The notes below the pieces were generated by a model that worked only from the letters and a program-made list of their open reading frames with translations, was not told the DNA's origin and made no database searches. 46,001 bases of DNA from Parasynechococcus marenigrum WH 8102 (lineage in GTDB: Bacteria; Cyanobacteriota; Cyanobacteriia; PCC-6307; Cyanobiaceae). Each line of letters opens with the position of its first letter. Position 1 is the first letter of the stretch. Location of the stretch: contig NC_005070.1 of assembly GCF_000195975.1 (NCBI RefSeq), positions 911,000-957,000 on the forward strand, in the 5' to 3' direction. Made by a program: the position numbers and the translations under genes. Of this stretch, positions 1-11,100 are shown one piece after another.

Positions 1-4
1 GTTC

Positions 5-922
5 ATGCGCCTGACGTTTCTGCGCCCCTGGCGGCGTCGCTCCCGTTCCCAGGAGACAGTTCCAGATCAGCTCTCCAGAGATGAGCAGCTGCGGGAACTC
101 GGCCAGATGATGAAGCAACACCGGGAAGCTGAGGGCCTGACCCTGCGGGAGCTGGCCCATGAAACCAGGATCACCACGCCCGTGATTGAGGCCCTTGAGC
201 GCGGCTGGTCCGATCGCTTACCGGAGCGTGCCTACCTGGCTTCGATGCTGCCGCAGCTTGAGCGGCGGTTGGCGCTGATGCCGGGGGTGCTGGAGCCGGT
301 TCTTCCCCCTGCTGTGGACCGACAGCGTCAGTTGAACTTGTCGCAGCGACGCTTCACGCTCGGCAGCATCGATGTATTCACCACCTGGCAGGGCAGTGTG
401 GTTTATGCGCTGTTGATCGGCCTGAGTGTGCTGATGATCAACCGTCAGCAGCAGAACCTTGCCCTGCGCAACAGCCAGAGCCTTGAGCCGGTTCGCGCTG
501 ACCTGCGTGGCCTGGATCAGACCGCCGTCCTTCCCGGTGGTGATTCCCAGCTGAAAGCCCTGCGGCCGCTGGATCAGGCCCGGCAACGGCAGCCTCTGGA
601 CTGGTTGAACGCCGCCGGTGGCCCGCCCTTGTCACGTCCTGGAGTGCTCACCCTGCAATTGACGCAGCCGCGGCAATTGCAATTGTCCAGTGGTGGCGGT
701 GATCGGCTGCAACTGCAGCTGCAGGCCGGCACGGCGACGTTGCAGCTGCTGGCCCCTGTGCAAGTGGTGGTTACACCTCCACTGGATAAGGCTGATCAGC
801 TGCTGTGGAATGGTCGGGTGCTGCAGGCCGATACGACCATTCCGGGCACCTATCGGGTGGAAGCGCCTGGGGCGGCACGCTTGGCTCCGTTATGGCCCCA
901 GATGGACTCCCCTTCTCCTTGA
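5..922 (+). CDS. RodZ-like helix-turn-helix membrane protein (XRE-type HTH, one TM segment, Gln/Leu/Pro-rich C-terminal domain)
   Basis: 305-aa ORF with GC-rich codon third positions. The HTH-like stretch LGQMMKQHREAEGLTLRELAHETRITTPVIEALERGWSDRLPERAYL resembles the RodZ N-terminus. A hydrophobic segment (VVYALLIGLSVLMI) follows, then a repetitive LQLQ-rich tail. The ATG at 5 lies 4 nt from the window edge, so the true start is uncertain. Confidence 0.65.
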   Translation: MRLTFLRPWRRRSRSQETVPDQLSRDEQLRELGQMMKQHREAEGLTLRELAHETRITTPVIEALERGWSDRLPERAYLASMLPQLERRLALMPGVLEPVLPPAVDRQRQLNLSQRRFTLGSIDVFTTWQGSVVYALLIGLSVLMINRQQQNLALRNSQSLEPVRADLRGLDQTAVLPGGDSQLKALRPLDQARQRQPLDWLNAAGGPPLSRPGVLTLQLTQPRQLQLSSGGGDRLQLQLQAGTATLQLLAPVQVVVTPPLDKADQLLWNGRVLQADTTIPGTYRVEAPGAARLAPLWPQMDSPSP

Positions 923-1650
923 TGCAGCGCGAATTTGATCGTTCAACAAGGGTTTTTCAGAATCTGGGATTTTTGAGCTGACGGAGAGTTCCTCGCCGAT
1001 TGTGGTTTTTCGAGATGCTTTGCTGAGGAGAGTTGTTTGGAGATTCGGAGGTTGTATTCAACGTGGAGCTGATCAGGGTCTTTGTCTAATTCGATGGTTT
1101 GTTCATCGTTAGGGGAAATTGGTCTCAAATGAGCAAACAGTTGCTGGAGATGAGCTTTGCTGTTGGCGGGTGGCTATCCGAGCACAGCGAAGACCAGTGT
1201 TTATGCGGTGGCCTTCTGGGTAGCAACTCCGTCCTTGTGCAGAAGATGACCATCGACAGGAATAGGTTTCACCCCTTTTCGCTTATTGTGTGGCTGCTTA
1301 AAGCACAAATCAGCATTGGGATTAGACGTACTTGCAGCTTTAAGGCATACAGGACTCAGACTTGGGTATTGCTGAAGTATAAATTAATTAATTTATTGGA
1401 GTTGAGTGGTTAATATTGTAAGTTGTGCTCTGGCCGGGGATAGGAATGTGCCAGGGTTTTACAGTTGTTTGTGGAGGAAATTGTTGCGTTGTTAGATTGA
1501 GGTGCCGAAGCTGGAAATAATAGAATTAGCAGTGTAATTAGAAAGATTGGACTTGTATTTTGACTCTCATGAGCTATATGTTGGTGCTGGTATTTACTGA
1601 GCTAACCATAAAAAGCTCTATATTTTTTTATTAGTGACGTATCGGCGTGC

Positions 1651-2097
1651 TTATTTGACAATATTGCCTTCGAGTTTCTTTATTCTAGCTTCAATACTTT
1701 TAAGCTGGGAAACAATTTCTTCAAAATCTTCTCTATAGATAGCTGTAGCCGTCTCCAACTGCTCGACTGACTTTGCCAAGTTGTCAACTTCTGGCGAACT
1801 GGTTTGAGTACCTATTAAATTCTCTTCCGGGGTATCAAGAATGCTTCCTTGAGAGCCTAAATACAATTCAGCCAATCTTTCTAAAACTTTTGTGTATTGA
1901 CGCGACTGATCACGGCATAAGCTTTTAAAGCTCTCGAGCGTCTCAGGTGAAAAATTCGCATTGAACGAACCTGCGCGTGCTGGTGCCATGAGTTTTACTT
2001 CAGTTATTGGAACAATAACGGCGCCCCACCGCAGTTGGTGGGGTTTGGGGTAGGTCTGTAGATACCGTAACGCAAGGTCTCCAGCACCTGTCGGCAT
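1651..2097 (-). CDS. Hypothetical ribbon-helix-helix (CopG/Arc-like) protein with C-terminal coiled coil
   Basis: 148-aa ORF divergent from swmB. GSFNANFSPETLESFKSLCRDQSRQYTKVLERLAELYL fits the strand-helix-helix pattern of RHH DNA binders. The C-terminus (LAKSVEQLETATAIYREDFEEIVSQLKSIEARIKKLEGN) is heptad-like. An alternative start at M37 (ATG at 1989) would leave a more plausible 150-bp divergent intergenic region instead of 42 bp. Confidence 0.55.
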   Translation of the reverse strand: MPTGAGDLALRYLQTYPKPHQLRWGAVIVPITEVKLMAPARAGSFNANFSPETLESFKSLCRDQSRQYTKVLERLAELYLGSQGSILDTPEENLIGTQTSSPEVDNLAKSVEQLETATAIYREDFEEIVSQLKSIEARIKKLEGNIVK

Positions 2098-2139
2098 CTC
2101 GACACCCTTTTGGGACAGTTGGGAGCTTCATAGGCGATA

Positions 2140-5100
2140 ATGGATACAAGTGGCTACGTGTACCCACCAATGGATGATCTCCTGAAGCGCCAGAACGGAG
2201 GTGGGCAGGGCGGTTTCGACCCCAATAGCTCTGATGGCGGTGACCTCAACGGTGGTGACGGTCTCCATCCGAGGCCGGGGGAATCGGATGTCGGCAGTGG
2301 TTTGGAGCTCGACAGGAGTCTGCAGCGTGTGGCGGCTCACGAGGCTTGGCTGAACGAGCAGAGCCAGCTGCCGGTTGAAAACTGGCTGCAGATCCGTGGT
2401 GGCAAATCAATAGCCCTTGAAAATTTTGGCGTAAACAATAATACAACGAACGAATTCACAAGAGATTTTGAGAAAAGTCTGATAGTTGTCGATCAGCGCT
2501 CAATTGATTTGGAAGATTACAGTCGAAACTTGCCACCTGAAACTGATATCTTAGTTCTCAATCCGAACACCAGCGGTGCAAATCAAATCAGAGAATTTCT
2601 AATTGGTGATAATGCTGCCGACTACAGCAATATATCCATAATAGGTTGCAGGGATGATTTTCATAATGCATGCCTTGGTTCAGACGTGTTATCAGTCGAA
2701 GACTTGTCTAAACAGATTTATTTGTTTCAGCAAGAGAATTTAATTGATACTTCTGTAAACCTCAGGTTATTCACCGCAGAAAATCTAGTAGTAAATGTTA
2801 CACAATCTCCTTCTCAGTCGGCGAGCACTGAACTATTAAGTAGAGCTATTAATATAATTTCAAGCTCATTTGATAGCGGCCGCTTTCAGGAATCTTTAAA
2901 TCATGCATATTCAGCTTCAAAACATTCATATGTATTAGATAGAGCCTATCAATTAATTAATGGTACAAGTGCACCATCTATTGAATTGGTTGACTTTGGA
3001 AAAGCTGAAATAAAAGGAGCTTACCTAAGTGGTCAAGATAGGATTTTGGTCGATTCCAGTCTTCGCAATGCTAATACTTTGCTAGACAGGGTTTTGATTG
3101 AGGAAATTGGTCACTGGCTAGATGAATCTCATGGCGCCGATAGCAAAGGTGATGAAGGTGATATCTTTGCAACATCGTTATTAGGCGGAAATCCTACATC
3201 CTCATCTCGTATTGATAATGTCAAACGTCAGATATTGTCTCTTAATGGTCATTTTTATTATGCTGAATTTGCTAACTTTGGTGTTGACACACTTAGCTCT
3301 TCCTCGGAAGTGCAAAGTGCTGGTTCAAGCATTATCCTTGCCCCAGAGTCTGGATATTCATTTAGAGATGTAATTTCAGACCATAGTGTTAGTGGAGCGA
3401 ATGTTGCTTCGCAATTTAGTGTTTTTGTAAATGGCGGAGCCTCGATATCTCCAACCGGGGCTTCGTTTAGTAGTGGGTCACTTCTTTTGACTGGTATTTC
3501 CCCAGTCATCGAACAAAATGACTACGTTACGATTTCATACTCTCCTTCTGGTACATCAACATTTAATTTAGTTGATAGCTCAAATCCTGGTTCAGATACT
3601 GTCCCAGCATTTTCTGACTTGCCGATTGACAACAATTCAACAAAGGATATAACAGCTGGTTATGTTGACTTTGGTTCTAGTACTACAGCAGTTGCGACCA
3701 ATGGAGCAACAATCGTACTGAAGTTTAACGAAGCGTTAGCAGACATTACCAACGATGCAAATACCAGAAATCAGTTTGCAGTACTGACTAACGGAGCAGC
3801 AAATGCTGTAACCGGAATAGCACTTGGTGGAAGTAATAAGGAAGTGACGTTGACGCTGACGAATACGGTAGAGGACGGCGATGAAGTCACTGTTGCCTAC
3901 ACGAAGGATACTGGCAATAGTGTTCAGCTTGAGGACCGCCATACAGATGCAACTGATATCGACAACTTTAGTGCGACTTCTATTACCAATAATTCAACCA
4001 AGGATTTAACAGCTGGGACCGTTGACTTTGGTTCTAGTACTACAGCGGTTGCGACCAATGGAGCAACAATCGTACTGAAGTTTACTGAGGCGCTGGCAGA
4101 CATTACCAATGATGCAAATACCAGAAATCAGTTTGCAGTACTGACTAATGGAGCAGCAAATGCTGTAACCGGAATAGCACTTGGCGGAAGTAATAAGGAA
4201 GTGACATTGACGCTAACGAATACGGTAGAGGACGGCGATGAAGTCACTGTTGCCTACACGAAGGATACTGGCAATAGTGTTCAGCTTGAGGACCGCCATA
4301 CAGATGCGACTGATATCGACAACTTTAGTGCGACTTCTGTTACCAATAATTCGACCAAGGATATTACTGGTGCGGTTATTGATTTCGGAGCATCTACAAC
4401 AGCAGTTGCTACGAATGGTGCCACATTAGTACTGACATTCCCTGAGGAATTGGCTGACATCAGTGATGGAGCGGATGTGCGTGCACAATTTGCCGTTTTA
4501 ACGAATGGAGCTGCTAATGCTGTTACTGGTGTATCGCTAGGAGGAAGTAATAAGCAAGTCACCTTGACTTTGACGAATGTCGTTGAAGATGAAGATGAGG
4601 TGACGGTTGCTTATACGGCAAATGGTGCTAATGCGTTGAAGGATCGACACGCAGACGCGACGAATATTGCTAATTGGAATGCGACTTCAATTACAAACAA
4701 TTCAACAAAGGATACAACAGCTGGTTATGTTGACTTTGGTTCTAGTACTACAGCAGTTGCGACCAATGGAGCAACAATCGTACTGAAGTTTAACGAAGCG
4801 TTAGCAGACATTACCAACGATGCAAATACCAGAAATCAGTTTGCAGTACTGACTAACGGAGCAGCAAATGCTGTAACCGGAATAGCACTTGGTGGAAGTA
4901 ATAAGGAAGTGACGTTGACGCTGACGAATACGGTAGAGGACGGCGATGAAGTCACTGTTGCCTACACGAAGGATACTGGCAATAGTGTTCAGCTTGAGGA
5001 CCGCCATACAGATGCAACTGATATCGACAACTTTAGTGCGACTTCTATTACCAATAATTCAACCAAGGATTTAACAGCTGGAACCGTTGACTTTGGTTCT

Positions 5101-8100
5101 AGTACTACAGCGGTTGCGACCAATGGAGCAACAATTGTACTGAAGTTTACTGAGGCGCTGGCAGACATTACCAATGATGCAAATACCAGAAATCAGTTTG
5201 CAGTACTGACTAATGGAGCAGCAAATGCTGTAACTGGAATAGCACTTGGCGGAAGTAATAAGGAAGTGACATTGACGCTAACGAATACGGTAGAGGACGG
5301 CGATGAAGTCACTGTTGCCTACACGAAGGATACTGGCAATAGTGTTCAGCTTGAGGACCGCCATACAGATGCGACTGATATCGACAACTTTAGTGCGACT
5401 TCTGTTACCAACAATTCGACCAAGGATATTACTGGTGCGGTTATTGATTTCGGAGCATCTACAACAGCAGTTGCTACGAATGGTGCCACATTAGTACTGA
5501 CATTCCCTGAGGAATTGGCTGACATCAGTGATGGAGCGGATGTGCGTGCACAATTTGCCGTTTTAACGAATGGAGCTGCTAATGCTGTTACTGGTGTATC
5601 GCTAGGAGGAAGTAATAAGCAAGTCACCTTGACTTTGACGAATGTCGTTGAAGATGAAGATGAGGTGACGGTTGCTTATACGGCAAATGGTGCTAATGCG
5701 TTGAAGGATCGACACGCAGACGCGACGAATATTGCTAATTGGAATGCGACTTCAATTACAAACAATTCAACAAAGGATACAACAGCTGGTTATGTTGACT
5801 TTGGTTCTAGTACTACAGCAGTTGCGACCAATGGAGCAACAATCGTACTGAAGTTTAACGAAGCGTTAGCAGACATTACCAACGATGCAAATACCAGAAA
5901 TCAGTTTGCAGTACTGACTAACGGAGCAGCAAATGCTGTAACCGGAATAGCACTTGGTGGAAGTAATAAGGAAGTGACGTTGACGCTGACGAATACGGTA
6001 GAGGACGGCGATGAAGTCACTGTTGCCTACACGAAGGATACTGGCAATAGTGTTCAGCTTGAGGACCGCCATACAGATGCAACTGATATCGACAACTTTA
6101 GTGCGACTTCTATTACCAATAATTCAACCAAGGATTTAACAGCTGGGACCGTTGACTTTGGTTCTAGTACTACAGCGGTTGCGACCAATGGAGCAACAAT
6201 CGTACTGAAGTTTACTGAGGCGCTGGCAGACATTACCAATGATGCAAATACCAGAAATCAGTTTGCAGTACTGACTAATGGAGCAGCAAATGCTGTAACC
6301 GGAATAGCACTTGGCGGAAGTAATAAGGAAGTGACATTGACGCTAACGAATACGGTAGAGGACGGCGATGAAGTCACTGTTGCCTACACGAAGGATACTG
6401 GCAATAGTGTTCAGCTTGAGGACCGCCATACAGATGCGACTGATATCGACAACTTTAGTGCGACTTCTGTTACCAATAATTCGACCAAGGATATTACTGG
6501 TGCGGTTATTGATTTCGGAGCATCTACAACAGCAGTTGCTACGAATGGTGCCACATTAGTACTGACATTCCCTGAGGAATTGGCTGACATCAGTGATGGA
6601 GCGGATGTGCGTGCACAATTTGCCGTTTTAACGAATGGAGCTGCTAATGCTGTTACTGGTGTATCGCTAGGAGGAAGTAATAAGCAAGTCACCTTGACTT
6701 TGACGAATGTCGTTGAAGATGAAGATGAGGTGACGGTTGCTTATACGGCAAATGGTGCTAATGCGTTGAAGGATCGACACGCAGACGCGACGAATATTGC
6801 TAATTGGAATGCGACTTCAATTACAAACAATTCAACAAAGGATACAACAGCTGGTTATGTTGACTTTGGTTCTAGTACTACAGCAGTTGCGACCAATGGA
6901 GCAACAATCGTACTGAAGTTTAACGAAGCGTTAGCAGACATTACCAACGATGCAAATACCAGAAATCAGTTTGCAGTACTGACTAACGGAGCAGCAAATG
7001 CTGTAACCGGAATAGCACTTGGTGGAAGTAATAAGGAAGTGACGTTGACGCTGACGAATACGGTAGAGGACGGCGATGAAGTCACTGTTGCCTACACGAA
7101 GGATACTGGCAATAGTGTTCAGCTTGAGGACCGCCATACAGATGCGACTGATATCGACAACTTTAGTGCGACTTCTGTTACCAACAATTCAACCAAGGAT
7201 TTAACAGCTGGAACCGTTGACTTTGGTTCTAGTACTACAGCGGTTGCGACCAATGGAGCAACAATTGTACTGAAGTTTACTGAGGCACTGGCAGACATTA
7301 CCAATGATGCAAATACCAGAAATCAGTTTGCAGTACTGACTAATGGAACAGCAAATGCTGTAACCGGAATAGCACTTGGCGGAAGTAATAAGGAAGTGAC
7401 GTTGACGTTAACGAATACGGTAGAGGACGGCGATGAAGTCACTGTTGCCTACACGAAGGATACTGTCAATAGCGTTCAGCTTGAGGACCGCCATACAGAT
7501 GCGACTGATATCGACAACTTTAGTGCAACTGCTGTTACCAATAATTCGACCAAGGATATTACTGGTGCCGTCGTCGATTGGGCGGCTGCAACTACCGCAG
7601 TAGCTACCGATGGTGCCACATTAGTACTGACATTCCCTGAGGAATTGGCTGACATCAGTGATGGAGCGGATGTGCGTGCACAATTTGCCGTTTTAACGAA
7701 TGGAGCTGCTAATGCTGTTACTGGTGTATCGCTAGGAGGAAGTAATAAGCAAGTCACCTTGACTTTGACGAATGTCGTTGAAGATGAAGATGAGGTGACG
7801 GTTGCTTATACGGCAAATGGTGCTAATGCGTTGAAGGATCGACACGCAGACGCGACGAATATTGCTAATTTTAATGCTATTAGCATAACCAATAATTCAA
7901 CCAAGGATTTAACAGCTGGAACCGTTGACTTTGGTTCTAGTACTACAGCTGTTGCGACCAATGGAGCAACAATTGTACTGAAGTTTAATGAAGCGTTGGC
8001 TGACATTACCAATAATGCCAATACCAGAAGTCAGTTTGCTGTTCTTGTTAATGGCGCTACTAATAACGTTACTTCAATTTCCCTTGGCGATTCTAATACG

Positions 8101-11100
8101 GCGATTACGTTGACTTTGGCGACTGCTGTTGAGGACGGCGATGAAGTCACTGTTGCCTACACGAAGGATACTGGCAATAGTGTTCAGCTTGAGGACCGCC
8201 ACACAGATGCAACTGATATCGACAACTTTAGTGCGACTGCTATCACTAATAACTCAACGCAGACACTATCAGCCCCAAATCCTCTATTTGGATCAACTTC
8301 TACAGCTGTAGCCTCTGCTGGTAATTTGTTGGTATTAAAGTTTGCTGGGCAGCTTGCAGATGTGACTAACGATGCAAATACTCGTAATCAATTTTCTGTT
8401 ACCACCAATGGCGTTGCTAACACAGTTACAGGTATTTCGTTGGGTGGCAGTAATACTGAGATTACTCTTACACTAACTCAAGTTATTGAGGATAATGACG
8501 AGGTTACTCTTTCATATACCAAGGATTCTGTTAATAATGTAGAACTGGCTGGCCGAACAGCTGGCTCAGCACAAGTGAGCGATTTTCTAAGTACTGCTAT
8601 CACCAACAATTCAACAAAGGATACAACAGCTGGTTATGTTGACTTTGGTTCTAGTACTACAGCAGTTGCGACCAATGGAGCAACAATCGTACTGAAGTTT
8701 AACGAAGCGTTAGCAGACATTACCAACGATGCAAATACCAGAAATCAGTTTGCAGTACTGACTAACGGAGCAGCAAATGCTGTAACCGGAATAGCACTTG
8801 GTGGAAGTAATAAGGAAGTGACGTTGACGCTGACGAATACGGTAGAGGACGGCGATGAAGTCACTGTTGCCTACACGAAGGATACTGGCAATAGTGTTCA
8901 GCTTGAGGACCGCCATACAGATGCAACTGATATCGACAACTTTAGTGCGACTTCTATTACCAATAATTCAACCAAGGATTTAACAGCTGGGACCGTTGAC
9001 TTTGGTTCTAGTACTACAGCGGTTGCGACCAATGGAGCAACAATCGTACTGAAGTTTACTGAGGCGCTGGCAGACATTACCAATGATGCAAATACCAGAA
9101 ATCAGTTTGCAGTACTGACTAATGGAGCAGCAAATGCTGTAACCGGAATAGCACTTGGCGGAAGTAATAAGGAAGTGACATTGACGCTAACGAATACGGT
9201 AGAGGACGGCGATGAAGTCACTGTTGCCTACACGAAGGATACTGGCAATAGTGTTCAGCTTGAGGACCGCCATACAGATGCGACTGATATCGACAACTTT
9301 AGTGCGACTTCTGTTACCAATAATTCGACCAAGGATATTACTGGTGCGGTTATTGATTTCGGAGCATCTACAACAGCAGTTGCTACGAATGGTGCCACAT
9401 TAGTACTGACATTCCCTGAGGAATTGGCTGACATCAGTGATGGAGCGGATGTGCGTGCACAATTTGCCGTTTTAACGAATGGAGCTGCTAATGCTGTTAC
9501 TGGTGTATCGCTAGGAGGAAGTAATAAGCAAGTCACCTTGACTTTGACGAATGTCGTTGAAGATGAAGATGAGGTGACGGTTGCTTATACGGCAAATGGT
9601 GCTAATGCGTTGAAGGATCGACACGCAGACGCGACGAATATTGCTAATTGGAATGCGACTTCAATTACAAACAATTCAACAAAGGATACAACAGCTGGTT
9701 ATGTTGACTTTGGTTCTAGTACTACAGCAGTTGCGACCAATGGAGCAACAATCGTACTGAAGTTTAACGAAGCGTTAGCAGACATTACCAACGATGCAAA
9801 TACCAGAAATCAGTTTGCAGTACTGACTAACGGAGCAGCAAATGCTGTAACCGGAATAGCACTTGGTGGAAGTAATAAGGAAGTGACGTTGACGCTGACG
9901 AATACGGTAGAGGACGGCGATGAAGTCACTGTTGCCTACACGAAGGATACTGGCAATAGTGTTCAGCTTGAGGACCGCCATACAGATGCAACTGATATCG
10001 ACAACTTTAGTGCGACTTCTATTACCAATAATTCAACCAAGGATTTAACAGCTGGAACCGTTGACTTTGGTTCTAGTACTACAGCGGTTGCGACCAATGG
10101 AGCAACAATCGTACTGAAGTTTACTGAGGCGCTGGCAGACATTACCAATGATGCAAATACCAGAAATCAGTTTGCAGTACTGACTAATGGAGCAGCAAAT
10201 GCTGTAACCGGAATAGCACTTGGCGGAAGTAATAAGGAAGTGACATTGACGCTAACGAATACGGTAGAGGACGGCGATGAAGTCACTGTTGCCTACACGA
10301 AGGATACTGGCAATAGTGTTCAGCTTGAGGACCGCCATACAGATGCGACTGATATCGACAACTTTAGTGCGACTTCTGTTACCAACAATTCGACCAAGGA
10401 TATTACTGGTGCGGTTATTGATTTCGGAGCATCTACAACAGCAGTTGCTACGAATGGTGCCACATTAGTACTGACATTCCCTGAGGAATTGGCTGACATC
10501 AGTGATGGAGCGGATGTGCGTGCACAATTTGCCGTTTTAACGAATGGAGCTGCTAATGCTGTTACTGGTGTATCGCTAGGAGGAAGTAATAAGCAAGTCA
10601 CCTTGACTTTGACGAATGTCGTTGAAGATGAAGATGAGGTGACGGTTGCTTATACGGCAAATGGTGCTAATGCGTTGAAGGATCGACACGCAGACGCGAC
10701 GAATATTGCTAATTGGAATGCGACTTCAATTACAAACAATTCAACAAAGGATACAACAGCTGGTTATGTTGACTTTGGTTCTAGTACTACAGCAGTTGCG
10801 ACCAATGGAGCAACAATCGTACTGAAGTTTAACGAAGCGTTAGCAGACATTACCAACGATGCAAATACCAGAAATCAGTTTGCAGTACTGACTAACGGAG
10901 CAGCAAATGCTGTAACCGGAATAGCACTTGGTGGAAGTAATAAGGAAGTGACGTTGACGCTGACGAATACGGTAGAGGACGGCGATGAAGTCACTGTTGC
11001 CTACACGAAGGATACTGGCAATAGTGTTCAGCTTGAGGACCGCCATACAGATGCAACTGATATCGACAACTTTAGTGCGACTTCTATTACCAATAATTCA

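Noticed and set aside
218-938. ORFs 218-586(-), 438-635(-) and 690-938(+) overlapping the RodZ-like gene.
   Set aside because: These are typical long shadow ORFs of GC-rich DNA. Their Arg/Pro/Gly/Cys-rich translations have no motifs, and the 5-922 frame has recognisable HTH and TM features.
943-1413. ORFs 943-1128(-) and 1099-1413(+) at the left island edge, checked as possible integrase or small-gene remnants.
   Set aside because: I recognise no motifs, the two frames overlap each other, and the composition is transitional. There is not enough evidence to call either one.
2200-2280. Gly/Asp-rich stretches at the SwmB N-terminus and at 33540-33730, considered as RTX Ca2+-binding repeats.
   Set aside because: They do not follow the GGxGxDxUx nonapeptide register and are not tandemly periodic. 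They are better described as low-complexity G/D/S tracts.
3091-3130. Possible zinc-metalloprotease active site in the SwmB N-terminus (EEIGHWLDESH).
   Set aside because: The sequence is not HExxH. The residue order is E-E-I-G-H, and the next His is 6 residues later. It is kept only as a conserved-looking motif of unknown function.
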